The translations under genes were made by a program, and so were the position numbers. DNA of 64,000 bases from the human T2T-CHM13v2.0 reference genome, Homo sapiens, in assembly GCF_009914755.1 (NCBI RefSeq), contig NC_060939.1; one strand, written 5' to 3'. Positions 13,362 through 30,045 of this stretch are shown here, in pieces. Below the pieces are notes generated by a model, which searched no databases, was not told the origin of the DNA, and saw only the letters and a list, made by a program, of their open reading frames with translations. Within the stretch, counting starts at the first letter, position 1. The number at the start of each line of letters is the position of its first letter.

Positions 13362-13450
13362 GTTACTGAAGCTAAAGGAGATGTTTAACTCCAAGTTTGG
13401 ATCTATTCCCAAGTTTTATGTTCGAGCACCAGGAAGAGTCAACATAATAG
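13362..13450 (+). CDS. GALK2: GALK2 internal coding exon (exon 2 of the canonical isoform), 89 nt
   Basis: tttattttcAG|G TTA CTG AAG...ATA ATA G|GTattt. Encodes (R)[29 protein letters not shown](G), the first half of the galactokinase signature. Confidence 0.97.
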
Positions 13451-14057
13451 GTATTTCAAAAGTTCCTTCTCTTAATTTTTTTCTTCATCCTTTGATAAGA
13501 TCTAAATTTTTAAAAATATATTTCTTTCTTAATTTTTCCCAAAATAGAATATTTCACATGTATCTACTAATAGTAAGATGTGCCTTTGCATAAGGAACAC
13601 ACTTTACTTTTATCTTTCCCAATCCATGTTATTAGTATTGTTCATTTGTTTTTTAAATGTATTAATTTGTTGAAACCAAGTTGTTAATATTGTTTTCATA
13701 AAAAATGAAAATATTTTTCTAGGCCACAGGTTAAAATTTTAGACTGTGGTAAGTAGTTTTGATGGTTTTATATTTACTCACTGGGTTAGAGGAGCACAGG
13801 GAAACCTTAAAATTCCTTGCTACTAAAAGTGTGGTCCAGAATTTGCAGCCCTTCTAGATGAATTTATCTTTCCTTTTGTTTATCCTGTGAAGTACTTTGA
13901 ATTTTACTACCTTTTAGTGGTAAATAACACAACCTTTCAACATTTTGTTTACTATCATTTTATCAATGTCCCTATATATAATAATTGACATAGTTGTACT
14001 TAGACTACATACCATTTGTATCTTTTTTTCATTTAATATATCATAAATATTTCCATG

Positions 14058-14504
<447 letters not shown>

Positions 14505-15161
14505 TCTTGTGTCTGTTAACTGACTTCTCCCTACCTGCCCTTCCTGCCCTCACTACATGTTATCCTTCCCAGCCTCTAGTAACCATTAATTTATCCTCTA
14601 TTTTTATGAGATCAACTCTTTTAGCCTCCATATATGAGTGAGAACATGAGGTATGTATCTTTCTGTGCCTGACTTATTTCACTTAACATAATGTCCTCTA
14701 AGCTCATCCATGTTGCTGTGAATAACAGGATTTCACTCTTTTAGGTGGCTGAATAGTATTCCATTGCACACATACACCACATTTTAAAAATCCATTCATC
14801 TGTGAATGGACATTTATGTTGATTCTGTATCTTGACTATTGTGAATAGTTTTGCAATAAACAAGAGAGCCACATATCTCTTTGACATACTGATGTCCTTT
14901 TCTTTGGATATATACCTAGTAATGGGATTGCTGGATCATATGGTGGTTCTATTTTTAGTTTTTTGAGGAGCCTTCATACTGTTTTCCATATGGCTATACT
15001 AATTTACTTTCCCACCAACAGTGTAGAAGAATTCTTATTTCTCTGCATTCTCTCTAACACTTATTATTTTTTGTCTTTTTGATAATAGTCATCCTAACTG
15101 AAGTGAGATAATATCTCCTGGTGGTTTTGATTTGCATTTTCCTGATTATTAGTGATGTTGA

Positions 15162-15641
<480 letters not shown>

Positions 15642-16032
15642 TAGTTTACAAATATTTTATCCCTTTCAACAGGTTGTCTCTTCACTCTATTGGAAGGTTT
15701 CCTTTGCTGTGCAGAAGCTTTTTAGTTTGATATAATTTCATTTGTCTATTTTTGTTTCTTTGCCTGTGCTTTTATAGTCTTATTCATAAAATCTTTGCCT
15801 AGACCAATGTCTTGAAGTGTTTCCTTTATGTTTTCTTCTAGTAGTTTCATAGTTTCAGTTCTGATGTTTAAGTCTTTAATCCATTTTAAATTCATTTTTA
15901 TAAATGGTGAGATATTGGGGCCTATTTTTATTCTTTTGCATATGGATATCTAGTTTTTCCATCACCATTTATTAAACAGATTGTCCTTTTCCCTATGAAT
16001 GAAAGTAACTTTGTTGAAAATCATTTGGCCTT

Positions 16033-16320
16033 GGCCAGGCATGGTGGCTCACACTTGCAATCCCAGCACTTTAGGAAGCCGAGGAGGGTGGATCACTTGA
16101 GGTCAGGAGTTTGAAAGCAGCCTGGCCAACATCATGAAACCTCGTCTCTGCTAAAAATACAAAAATTAGCTGGGTGTGGTGGCACACACCTGTAATCCCA
16201 GCTACGCAGGGGGCTGAGGCACGAGAATCTCTTGAATCTGGGAGGCGGAGGCTGCAGTGAGCCGAGATCAAACCACTACTGCACTCCAGCAGGATTCTGT
16301 CTCAAAAAAAAAAAAAAAAA
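16033..16320 (+). mobile_element. AluS (Sz/Sx-like)
   Basis: A-tail; TSD gaaaatcatttggc/gaaaatcagttggc. Confidence 0.93.
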
Positions 16321-18443
16321 GAAAATCAGTTGGCTGTAAATACATGGATTTAGCTCTGGGTTCTCTATTCTGTTCTATTGGTCTGTATGTCTGTTTTTAC
16401 GCCAAAACCATAGTATTACTGTAGCTTTGTAGTATATTTGAAGTCAGATAGTGTGATGCCTCCAGCTTTTCTTTCCTTCTTCTTCTTCTTCTTTTATTTT
16501 TTTTTTTGGCTCAGGATTGCTTTGGTTTTTTGGGGTCTTTTGTGATTCCATACAAATTTTAGAATTAATTTCTGTGAAGAATGTCATTGGTATCATACGA
16601 GGAATTGCATTGAATCTGTAGTAGTATGGTCATTTTAACAATATTAATTCTTCCAGTCCAAGAATGTGGGATGTCTTCCCACTTTTTTGTATCCTCTTCA
16701 ATTTCTTTCATCAGTGTTTTATTGTTTTCATTGTACAGGTCTTTTATCACCTTGGTTAAATTTATTCCTAGATATTCATTTTTTTTAGCTATTTCAAATG
16801 GGATTGCTTGCTTGATTTCTTTTTCAGGTAGTCTGTTATTGGTGTATAGAAACACTAGTGATTTTAAAAATTTTTTCAAAGTACTTTTATTTATTATTTT
16901 AAAATCTTATTTTTCCATAAGTTATTGGGGTACAGGTGGTATTTGGTTACATGAATACATTTTTTAGTGGTGATTTGTGAGATTTTGGTGTACCCATCAC
17001 CCAAGCAGCATACACTGCACTGTATTTGTAGTCTTCTATCCCGCGCTCCCCTCCCACTCTTCCTCACAAGTCCCCGATGTCCATTACCTAATTCTTATGC
17101 TTTTGCATCCTCATAGCTTAGCCCCCACATATCAGTGAGAACATACAATGTTTGGTTTTCCATTTCTGAGTTATTTAACTTAGAATAATAGTCTCCAGTC
17201 TCATCCAGGTCACTGCAAATACTGTTAATTCATTCCTTTTTATGGCTGCATAGTATTCCATTGTATATATACCACAGTTTCTTTATCTACTTGTTGATTG
17301 ATGGGCATTTGGGTTGGTTCCGCGATTGGGTTGGTTCCATAATACCAATGACATATAGTGGCAATTGTGAATTGTGCCACTATAAACATGCGCGTGCACA
17401 TATCTTTTTCAAATAATGACTTCTTTTCCTCTGAGTAGATACCCATTAGTGGGATTGCTGGATCAAATGGTAGTTCTACTTTTAGTTCTTTAAGGAATCT
17501 CCACACTGTTTTCCATAGCAGCTGTACTACTTTACATTCCCAACAGCAGTGTAGAAGTGTTCCCTGTTCACCACATCCACACCAACATCTACTCTTTTTT
17601 GATTTTTAGATTATGGCCATTCTTGCAGGAGTGAGGTGGTATCACATTGTGGTTTTGATTTGCATTTCCCTGATCATTAGTGATGTTGAGCATTTTTCCA
17701 TATGTTTGTTGGCCATTTCTATATCTTCCTTTGAGAATTGTCTATTCGTGTCCTTAGCCCACTCTTTGAATGGGATGGTTTGTTTTTTTCTTACTGATTT
17801 GTTTGAGTTCATTGTAGATTCTGGACATTAGTCCTTTGTCAGATGTATAGATTGTGAAGATTTTCTCCAACTCTGTAGGTTGTCTTTTTACTCTGCTGAC
17901 TGTTCCTTTTGCCATGCAAAAGCTCTTTAGTTTAATTAGGTCCCAGCTGTTTATCTTTGCTTTTATTGCATTTGCTTTTGGGTTCTTGGTCATGAAATCC
18001 TTGCCTAAGCCAATGTCTAGAAGGGTTTATCCAATGTTATCTGCTAGAATTTTTTTAGTTTCATATCTTAGGTTTAAGTCCTTAATCCATTTTGAGTTGA
18101 TTTTTGTGTAAGGTGAGAGATGGGGATCCAGTTTCATTCTCCCACATGTGGCTAGCCAGTTATCCCCGCACAATTTGTTGAAAAGGGTGTCCTTTCCCTA
18201 CTTTTTGATTTTGTTTGCTTTGTTGAAGATCAGTTGGCTATAAGTATTTGGGTTTATTTGTGCGTTCTCTATTTTGTTCCATTGGTCTACGTGCCTATTT
18301 TTATACTAGTACCACGCTGTTTTGGTTGACTATGGCCTAATGGTATAGTTTGAAATCAGGTAGTGTGGTGCCTCCAGATTTGTTTCTTTTTGCTTAGTCT
18401 TGTTTTTGCTATGCAGGCTCTTTTTTGGTTCCATATGAATTTT

Positions 18444-18516
18444 TATTTATTTATTTATTATTATTATACTTTTTTTAGGGTACATGTGCACAATGTGCAG
18501 GTTAGTTACATATGTA
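18444..18516 (-). mobile_element. 73-bp young L1PA 3' terminus
   Basis: tagggtacatgtgcacaatgtgcaggttagttacatatgta plus tail; 18-bp TSD tggttccatatgaatttt. Confidence 0.9.
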
Positions 18517-19980
18517 TGGTTCCATATGAATTTTATAATTGTTTTTTCTAAGTCTGTGAAGAATGATGGTGGTATTTTGATGGGGACTGCATTGAATTTG
18601 TAGATTGCTTTTGGCAGTATGGTCATTTTCACAATATTGATTCTACCCATCCATGAGCATGGGATGTGTTTCCATTTGTTTGTGTTGTCTATGATTTCTT
18701 TCAGCAGTGTTTTGTAGTTTTCCTTGTAGAGGTCTTTTGACTCCTTTGTTAGGTATATTCCTGAGTATTTTATTTTATTTTTTATTTATTTATTTTTTGC
18801 AGCTATTGTAAAAGGGGTTGAGTTCTTCATTTGATTCTCTGGTCGCTGTTGGTATATAGAAGAGCTATATTTGTGTACATTAATCTTGTATCTGGAAACT
18901 TTGCTGAATTCTTTTATCAGTTCCAGGAGCTTTCTGAAGGAGTCCATAGGGTTTTCAAGGTAAACGATCGTATCATCAGCAAACAGTGACAATTTGAGTT
19001 CCTCTTTACCAATTTGAATGCCCTATATTTCTTTCTCTTGTCTGATTGCTCTGGCTAGGACCTCCAGTACCATGTTGAAAAGGAGTGGTGAGAGTGGGCA
19101 TCTTAGTCTTGTCCCAGTTCTCAGAGGGAATGCTTTCAACTTTACCTCATTCAATATTATGTTGGCTGTGGGTCTGTCATAGATGGCTTTTATTACATTG
19201 AGGTATGTCCCTTTTATGTCAATTTTGCTGAGAGTCTTAATCATAAAGCTTGCTGGATTTTGTCGAATGCTTTTTCTGCATCTATTGAGATGATCATGTG
19301 ATTTTTGTTTTCTATTCTGTTTATGTGGTGTATCACATTTATAGACTTGCCTATGTTAAACCATCCCTGCATCCCTGGTGTGAAACCCACTTGATCATGG
19401 TAGATTAACTTTTTGATATATTGTTGGATTTGGTTAGCTGGGATTTTGTTAAGGATTTTAGCATCTATGTTCATCAAGGATATTGAACTGTAGTTTTCTT
19501 TCTTGGTTATGTCCTTTCCTGGTTTTGATATTAGGGTGATGCTGGCTTCATAAAATGAATTCGTAAAATGAATTCGGAAAGGTTCCTTCTTTCTCTATCT
19601 TGTGGAATACTGTGAAAAGGATTGGTTTCAATTCTTCTTTGAATGTCTGATAGAGTTCTGCTGTGAATCTGTCTGGTCCTGTACTTTTTTTTTGTTGGTA
19701 ATTTTTAAATTACCATTTAAATCTCACTGCTTGTGATTGGTCTGTTCAGGGTATCTAATTCTTCCTGATTTAAGCTAGGAGGGTTGTATTTTTCCAGGAA
19801 TTTATCCATCTATTCTAGGTTTTCTAGTTTACTCATGTAAAGGTGTTCATAGTCGCCTTGAATGATCTTTTGTATTTCAGTGGTATCAATTGTAATATCT
19901 CCTCTTTTGTTTCTTAGTGAGGTTATTTGGATTTTCTCTCTTCTTTTCTTGGGTTAATCTTGCTAATGGTCTATCAATTT

Positions 19981-20351
<371 letters not shown>

Positions 20352-22618
20352 TAGTTCTGCTCTGATATTGGTTATTTCCTTTCTTCTGCTGTGTTTGGGT
20401 TTAGTTTGTTCTTGTTTCTTTAGTTTGTTGAGGTGTGACCTTAGATTGTCTGTTTGTGCTCTTTCAGACTTTTTGATGTAGGTGTTTAGGGCTATGAACT
20501 TTCCTCTTAGCACTGCCTTAGCTGTATCCCAGAGGTTTTGATAGGTTGTGTCATTATTGTCATTCAGTTCAAAGAAGTTTTTAATTTCCATCTGGATCTC
20601 ATTTTTGACTCAATGCTCATTTAGGAGCAGGTTATTTAATTTCCATGTATTTGCATGGTTTTGAAGGTTCCTTTTATAGTTGATTTCCAGTTTTATTTCA
20701 TTGTAGTTTGAGAGAGTGCTTGATATAATTTCAATTTTCTTAAATTTATTAAGGCTTGTTTTGTGGCCCATCACGTGGTCTATCTTGGAGAAAGTTCCAT
20801 GCCCTGTTGAAAAGGATGTGTTTTCTGTGGTTGTTGGATGAAATGCTCTGTATATATGTGTTAAGTCCATTTGTTCCAAGGTATAGGTTCAATCCATTGT
20901 TTCTTTGTTGACTTTCTGTCTTGATGACCTGTCTAGTGCTGTCAGTGGAGTATTGAAGTCCCCCACTATTATTGTGTTGCTGTCTATCTCATTTCTTAGG
21001 TCTATTAGTAATTGTTTTATAAATTTGGGAGCTCTAGTGTTAGGTGCATATATCTTTAGGATTGTGATATTTTCCTGTTGGACAAAGCCTTTTTACCATT
21101 GTATAATATCCCTCTTTGTCTCTTTTAACTGCTCTTGCTTTGAAATTTGTTTTGTCTAATATAAGAATGGCTACCTCTGCTCGCTTTGGTGTCCATTTGC
21201 ATGAAATGCCTTTTTCTACCCCTTTACTTTAAGTTTATGTGAGTCCTTATGTATTAGGTGAGTCTCCTGAAGGCAGCAGATAGTTGGTTGGTTAGTCCTT
21301 ATCCTTTTTGCGGTTCTCTATCTTTTAAGTGGAGCATTTGGGCCATTTACATTGAATGAAACACTAGCTATTTTTAATACTGATTTTGTATCTTGCGACT
21401 TTACTGAATTTATCAGCTCTAAAAGCTTTTTATGGTTTTTAGGTTTTTCTACGTATAAGATCATGTTGTGTACAAGTAGAGACCATCTGACTTCCTCCTT
21501 TCCAATTTGGATGCCCTTTACATTTTTCTCTTGCCTGATTGCTCTGGCTCAGACTTCCAGTACTATTTTGAATAAGAGTGGTGAAATTGGGTATGCTTGT
21601 CTTGTTCTAGTGCTTAGACAAAAAGCTTTCCATTTTTCCTCATTTGGTATGACATTAGCTATGGGTTTGTCATATATGGCCTTTATTGTGTATTGAGACA
21701 TGTTCCTTCTGTACCTAGTATGTTAAGAGTTTTTATCATGAAAGAATGTTGAATTTTATCAAATGCTTTTTCTGAATTGATTGTAAAGATTATATGGGTT
21801 TTGTCCTTCATTCTGTTGATGTGATATATCGTATTTTTGGATTTGTGTATGTTGAACCCCTTCCTTGCATTTCTAGGATTAATCCCACTTGATCATGGTA
21901 TATAATCTTTTTATGGGCTCTTGGGTTCATTTTGCCAACATTTTATTGAGGATTTTTGATTATATGTTCAACTGAGATATTGTCCTGTAGTTTTCTTTTT
22001 CTGTTGTGTCCTTGTTCAGTTTTGGTATCAGAATAATGCTGGCCTCATAGAATAGTTTCAAAGAATTCCCCGCCTTTCAATTTTTTTGCAAGTCTGAAAA
22101 GAATTGGTGTTAGTTCTTCTTTAAAGGTTTGGTAGAATTCATGGGTGAAGCCCTCTGGTCCTGAGCATTTCTTCGTTGGGAGACTTTTTACTGTTGCTTC
22201 AATCTTGTTACTTGTTATTGGTGCGTTCAGGTTTTCTATTTCTACCTGGTTCAATCTTCTTAGGTTTTATGTGTCCAGGAACTTATGCATGTCCTTTAGG
22301 TTTTGCAATTTGTTGGCATAATAGTTGTTCACAATAGGCTTTAATGATCCTTTGTATTTTGTGGTGTCACTTGTAATGTCTCCTTTTCTGTTTTTTTTAA
22401 TTTTATTTATTTGTGTGTTCTCTTTTTCTCAGTCTAGCTAAAGATTTGCTATTATGTTTACCTTTTCATTTCATTAATTTTTGTCTCAAATTTACTTCTG
22501 CTCTGATCTTTATTATTTCTTTCCTTCTACTAATTTTGGATTTGGATTGTTTTTGCTAGAGATGTACCATTAGGTTGTTTATATGCAAAATTTCTACCTT
22601 TTTTTTTAGTGGCTGATT

Positions 22619-22940
<322 letters not shown>

Positions 22941-23156
22941 TATTTTATTTTATTTTTAACTTTCGAGATGTAGTCTCGCCCTGTTGCCCAGGCTGGAGTG
23001 TAGTGGCACGATCTTGGCTCACTGCAACCTGCACTTCCTGGACTCAAGTGATTCTTGTGCTTCAGCGTCCTGAGTAGCTGGGATTACAGGCATGTGCCAC
23101 CATGCCTGGCTAATTTTTGTATTTTTACTAGAGACGGGGTTTCCCAATGTTGGCTG
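22941..23156 (-). mobile_element. Alu lacking most of its left arm
   Basis: Breaks off at cccaatgttggctgt into a (CA)n tract. Confidence 0.88.
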
Positions 23157-23171
23157 TCACACACACACACA

Positions 23172-23208
<37 letters not shown>
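23157..23208. repeat. (CA)n microsatellite
   Basis: About 26 units with one interruption. Confidence 0.95.
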
Positions 23209-23209
<1 letters not shown>

Positions 23210-23210
<1 letters not shown>

Positions 23211-24134
23211 CCTTTTCATTTCTACCACATGGCTGGGCTTCAATTTTTCAAACTTGTTCACTCTGCTTCCCTTTTAAATATAAATTCCAGTTTCAGGTCA
23301 TTTCTTTGCTTATGCATAAGAGCATAGGTTGTTAGAAGCAGCCAGACTACATCTTGAATGCTTTGCTGCTTAGAAATTTTTTTCACCAGATATCATCACT
23401 CTCAAGTTCAAAGTTCCACAGGTCCCCAGAGCAGGGGCACAATGCCTCCAGACTCTTTGCTAAAGCATAACAAAAGTGACCTTTACTCTAGTTCTCAAAA
23501 AGTTTTGTATTTTCATCTGAGACCTCTTTAGCTGGGACTTCATTGTTCATATTATTATCAGCATTTTGGACACAACCATTCAACAAGTTTCTTGGAAGTT
23601 CCAAACTTTCCCTCATCGTCCTATCTTTTTTCTGAGCCCTCCAAACTGTTCCAACCTCTGCCACTTACCTAGTTCCAAAGGTGCTTTCACATTTTCAGGT
23701 ATCTTTATAGCAATGCCCCACTTCTGATACCAATTTTCTGTATTAATCTGCTCTTGCACTGCTATAAAGAAGTATCTGAGACTGGATAATTTATTTAAAA
23801 AAAGAGGTTTAATTGGCTCACAATTTTGCAGGCTGTACAGGAAGCATGGCTGGGAAAGCCTCAGGAAACTTACAAGCATGGTGGAAGACAAAGGGGAAGG
23901 AGGCACGCCGTACATGGCTAGAGCAGGAGGACGAGAGGGAGGGGAAGTGCTATACTCTTTTAAATGATCAGATCTCATGAGAACTCTATCATGAGAACCA
24001 CACTCAGGAGATTGTGTTAAGCCATTAGAAACCACCTCCATGATTCAATCAACACCCACCAGGCTTCACTTCCAGCATTAGGTATTACATTTCACCATGA
24101 GATTTGGGTGGGGACACAGATCCAAGCCATATCA
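23210..24134 (-). mobile_element. Truncated MSTA MaLR: internal segment (23210-23738) plus LTR (23739-24134)
   Basis: Homologous to ~44785-45689 of the complete MSTA element in this window. Confidence 0.88.
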
Positions 24135-24250
24135 TATGGGTCTAGGCATTGATCCCTTTCTTCTTGGTTTTCTAATTTGTTGGTATATAGTTGCTCATAA
24201 TAGTCTCTAATGATGCCTTGACTCTCTGCTATCAGTTATAATATCTTTAA

Positions 24251-24597
<347 letters not shown>

Positions 24598-25548
24598 TCT
24601 TTTTTACTTAGTGTGGCTAAAGGTTTTTTGATTTAGTTTATGTTTGCAAAACACCAACTTTTAATTTCATTGATTTTTTTTTTGTAGTTTTAAATTTCAA
24701 TTTTACTTATTTTTGCTCTGATCCGAATTCTTTTCCTCTACTAATTCTGCATTTCATTTGCTTTTGCCTTTCTCATTTGTTAAGATTCATCTTTAGGTTG
24801 CTTATTTGACATATTTCTACCTTTTTGATGTAGGTGTTTATTGTTTTAAATGTGCTTTTTTGTACTGCTCTTTCTGTATCATGGAGATTTTGATCTGTTG
24901 TCTTTTCACTCCCAATTGTTTCATGAAATTTAAAAATTTCTTAATTTTTTCATTGGCCCACTGGTCATTCAGGAGCATATTTTTTACTTTCCAAGTGTTT
25001 GCTTAGTTTCCAAAGTTTTTCTTCATGTTTATTTCTAATTTTATTTCATTATGATCAGAGAAGTTACTTGATATTATTTTAACTTTTTTGAACTTTTTGA
25101 GACTTGTTTTGTGGTCTAACTTAAGATCTATCCTGGAGAATATTCTGGGCACTGATGAGAAGAATGTGTATTCTGGGGCTGTTGGATGGAATGTTTTTAT
25201 AAATATCCATTTGTTCTATAGTGCAGATTAAGTCTGATGTTTCTTTGTTGATTTTCTCCCTGGATAAATACCCTAGGGCTGAAAGTGAGGTTTTGAAATC
25301 CCCAGCTATTATTCTATAGGCATCTATCCTTCTTTTTAGTTTTAATAATATTTGTTTTACATATCTGAGTGCTCCAGCATTGGGTGCACATATATTTACA
25401 ATTGTTATATCCTGTTGCTGAACTGACTCCTTTGACATTATATAATGACCTTCGTCTCTTTTTATAGTTTTTATCTTGAATCCTGTTTATTTATGCATAA
25501 CTACTCTTGCTCTCGTTTGGTTTTCATTTGTATGGAGTATCTTTTTCT

Positions 25549-25749
25549 TTTTTAAAAAATTTTACTTTAAGTTCTGGGATATAAATGCAGAATGTGTAGG
25601 TTTGATACCTAGGTATACGTGTGCCATGGTGGTTTGCTGCACCTGTCAACCCATTGTCTAGGTTTTAAGCCCCGCATGCATTAGCTATTTGTCCTAATGC
25701 TCTTCCTCCCCTTCCCCTCCACCCCACAATTGGCCCTGGTGTGTGTTCC
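25549..25749 (-). mobile_element. L1PA 3' fragment (~200 bp)
   Basis: tactttaagttctgggat...ggccctggtgtgtg; TSD ggagtatctttttct/ggaatatctttttct. Confidence 0.85.
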
Positions 25750-26038
25750 GGAATATCTTTTTCTATTTTATTTTATTTTTTTTGGTCTGCATGTCTTTAT
25801 TGATGAGGTTAGCTTATTGTTTTTGTTTTTATAATCCATTCATCCACTTTGTCTTTTATTGGGAATTTAGTCCATTTATATTCGATGTTATAGTTATAAG
25901 GTACAGACTTACTACTGCCATTTTGTTATTTATTTTCTGGTTGTTTTGTTGGTCCTCTCTTCCTTCCTTCTTGTCTTCCTTTGTGTAAAAGTGACTTTTT
26001 CTGACAATGTTTTAATTTATTATTTAAAACTTTTTTTG

Positions 26039-26415
<377 letters not shown>

Positions 26416-26424
26416 TTATTTTAA

Positions 26425-26841
<417 letters not shown>

Positions 26842-29392
26842 TGCTTTGTCACTTTTGATTGTCTCTGTTTATATCTTTTTATGCTCAGAAAGCTGTTTCA
26901 GTTACTATTTTTGATAGGTTTGTCTTTTAATCTTCCTACTAAGATATGAGTGTTTTAACACTATAGTTACAGTGTTAGAGTATTCTGTATTCATTCATCT
27001 GTTCATTTACCACTACCAGTGAGTTCTGTACCACCATGTGATATATATTTTTTTACATTAATGTGCTTTTCTTTCAGATTGAATAACTCTCTTTAACATT
27101 TTTTGCAAGACAGGTCTGGTGTTGTTGAAACCCCTCAGCTGTGTTTGTCTGGGAAAGTATTTCTCTTTCATGTTTGAAGGATAATTTTACTGGAAATAAT
27201 ATTCTAGTTCAAAAGTTGTTTTTCTTCAACACTTTGAATATGTCATCCCCCTCTCTCTTGGCCTCTAAGTTTCCTGCGGAGTTGTCTCCTACTAGACATA
27301 TTGGAGCCCCTTTATATGTTCTTTGCTTCTTTTCTTTTTCTGCTTTTAGGATACTTTCTTTATCCTTGACCTTTGAGAGTTTGATTAATATATTAACTGA
27401 GTTAGTCTTATTTGGGTTGAATCCTTTTGGTGTTGTGTGATCTTCTTATACCTTAATATTTATATCTTTTCTTAGGTTTGGAAAGTTTTCTATCAGTATT
27501 TCACTGAATAAACTTTCTACCCTGATCTCTCTATCTCTACATCCTCTTTAAAGCCAATAACTCTTAGATTTGCCCCTTTTAGGCTATTTTCTAGATCTTG
27601 TAGAGAGGCTTCATTCTTTTAAAATTATTTCTCTTTTCTCTCCTCTGACTGTGTATTTTTATATAGCCTGTCTTCAGGTTCACTATTTATTTTTCTTGAT
27701 CGATTCTGCTGTTGAGAGACTCTGAGACATTTTTGAGTTTGCCAGTTGAATTTTTCAGCTGCAGAATTTCTGTTTGAAATTTCAAAAACTATTTTAATCT
27801 CTTTGTTAAATTTCTCTGGTAGAATAATGAATTTCTTCCCTGTGTTATCTTTAAGTTTGTTGAGCTTCCTCAAGACAGTTCTTTTGAATTCTCTGTCTGA
27901 AAGGACATACATCTCCATCTTTCTGGGATTGGTCACTGGTGTCTTCTGTAGTTCATTTAATGAGGTCATGTTTTCCTGGATACTCTTGATGCTTGTGGAC
28001 ATTCATCACTTATGGGCATTGACAAATTAGATATTTATTTGTCTGTGTAGTCTGGGCTTGTTTGTACCCTTCATTCTTGAGAAGGCTTTTCATGTATTCA
28101 AATGGGATTGAGTGTGTTGTGCTCTAAGCCTGTGGTCCGTATGGGCATATCGGCACAAGGAGGTGCTCTAAGCCCAGGAATGCTGCAATTCTTCCTGACA
28201 TCTAGAGGCACTGCCTTGACGAGTTTGGGTAAGGTAAAGGAGAATTCCCTGGGTTGTCAGGCAAAGTCCTCTTGATATCTTCCCTTTACTCCTCCCAGTC
28301 AGAAGTAGTCTGTCTCCATACTGGGCTGCCTAGAGCACTTCCATGGCTTCCACAGCTGGCACTGTGCTAGGTCACACCTGAAGCCTGTATAATACTGGAT
28401 CTTGCCTGGTTACTGCTGATGTTTATTCAAGGCCCAAGGGATCTTTAGTGAGCAGGTGAATCCTGCCAAGACTGGGTTCTTCTCTTCAGGGCAGTGGATT
28501 CCCTCTGAATGAGAGTGGGTCCAGGAACTAAGTCCTGGAATTGACAGCTTCAGGAATCTCCTTGGTGCTTTACTTCGGCTGAGCTGGTACCCAAATTGCA
28601 AGACAGTCTTCTGTACTCTTCCCACTTCTTTCCTTAAGCTAAAGGAATCTCTCCCCAAACTGCACTTCCTGGAGTTGGGTGCAGTGCGATCAGGCACTCC
28701 CCTGGCTGCCACAGCTGGTGTCACACTTGGTCACACATCACAAGTCTACTGCCTCCAAGGCCGGTGCAGTACCAGGGCTTGCCCGAGGACTGCAGTACTT
28801 GTGGCCTGACAGCCACTTAAGCTTATTCTGGGCACTAGGCCAGTTTAGTTAGCCAGAGGTGAGGTTGGTTGGGACTCAGGTTCCTCCTGCTGAGATTGAG
28901 AATTCTGTCTTGCCCAGGGCTGATCTAAATGCCCCCTCCTTGGGTGCTAGCAGAGTTCTGCTGTTTTGTGTTTTTCTGTAACATGGCTGCACTAAGTTCC
29001 AGTGCAAAGACCCACACTCACTTCACCCTCCCTCCCCCAAACACAGTTTCTCTGTCCATGCTGGAAGGGATCCTGTAGGCAATGCAAGACTGTCTTTCCT
29101 GTCCTCTTCAATTCCTCTATCCCTGATGTTATGTTAAAACCAGGTACTGTGATTTTCAGGTACTCACCTGAATTTTCTGGGTTCTTATGAAGGTGTTTAT
29201 TGCATAGATAGTTGCTCAATTTGGTGTAAGATCATGGAAGGGTTCTATTTGGCCATCTTGCTCTGCTTCCCTTTATTTTTATTTACTGTTAAAACCTGGC
29301 TCATGGTCAGTTTTTTCCTGTATGTAAACTTTCTTGAGGTGCTTTTGTTTTATATATTAGCAATGATTAAAAAAGCTTTCTCTTTTTTCTAG

Positions 29393-29516
29393 GAGAGCAT
29401 ATAGATTATTGTGGATATTCTGTTCTTCCTATGGCTGTAGAACAAGATGTGCTAATAGCTGTAGAACCTGTGAAAACGTACGCTCTCCAACTGGCCAATA
29501 CAAATCCCTTGTATCC
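29393..29516 (+). CDS. GALK2: GALK2 exon 3, 124 nt
   Basis: tcttttttctAG|GA GAG CAT...TAT CC|GTgagt. Encodes (G)[40 protein letters not shown](P); phase matches exon 2. Confidence 0.97.
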
Positions 29517-29675
29517 GTGAGTATTTAAAATTGTTAGTGTGTGTGTATGTATGGTTCTGTTTGTACCCAAATGAACTCTTTAGGAGACATCAAATTTGTA
29601 ACAGGTCATTTAACTTATTGATATTTTGTGTCTGACATTAAAAAAATTCTAAGGCCATTATTTATTGTTCATTTT

Positions 29676-30045
29676 GTTCATTTGTCAATTCATTTAAGGA
29701 ATATTTATCAAAGACTTATCATGTGCTAGACATAGTCTTAGATACCAGGTGATACAAAGATAAATAACTCTGTCCTTGTCCGATAGGTACTTATCATCTA
29801 TTGATCTAATTATCTCCAGCAAAGTCAGGTCTGATGTTTTCCTATGTTACTATGGCACCTTCTAAGTATCTTGTCATAGCATATTATTATGCTGTATTAT
29901 TATTATCTGTTTATTTACCTGTGTCACCCAGTAGACTGTAAACTCTGTGACTTCAGGCATTGTTGCCTCTCTTCTTCAATGCCCTAGCATATAAAACAGA
30001 GTCTGGTGCCTAATAGAGGTAAGTTTCTAGTACATATGCTTTATC
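29676..30045. mobile_element. Two opposed L2 3' fragments
   Basis: Minus-strand ttcatttgtcaattcatt...gtgctagac (~29676-29800) and plus-strand tagactgtaaactctgtgac...ctggtgcctaatag (~29830-30045). Confidence 0.55.

Noticed and set aside
13249-13593. 114-aa ORF as a standalone gene
   Set aside because: It is GALK2 exon 2 with read-through into the TG repeat and intron.
19551-19576. 13-bp tandem duplication (also an 18-bp one at ~11419-11456)
   Set aside because: Ordinary slippage events with no evident function.
29676-30045. Opposed L2 ends as a miRNA-like hairpin
   Set aside because: The tails point outward and the arms are too diverged; no convincing stem by eye.
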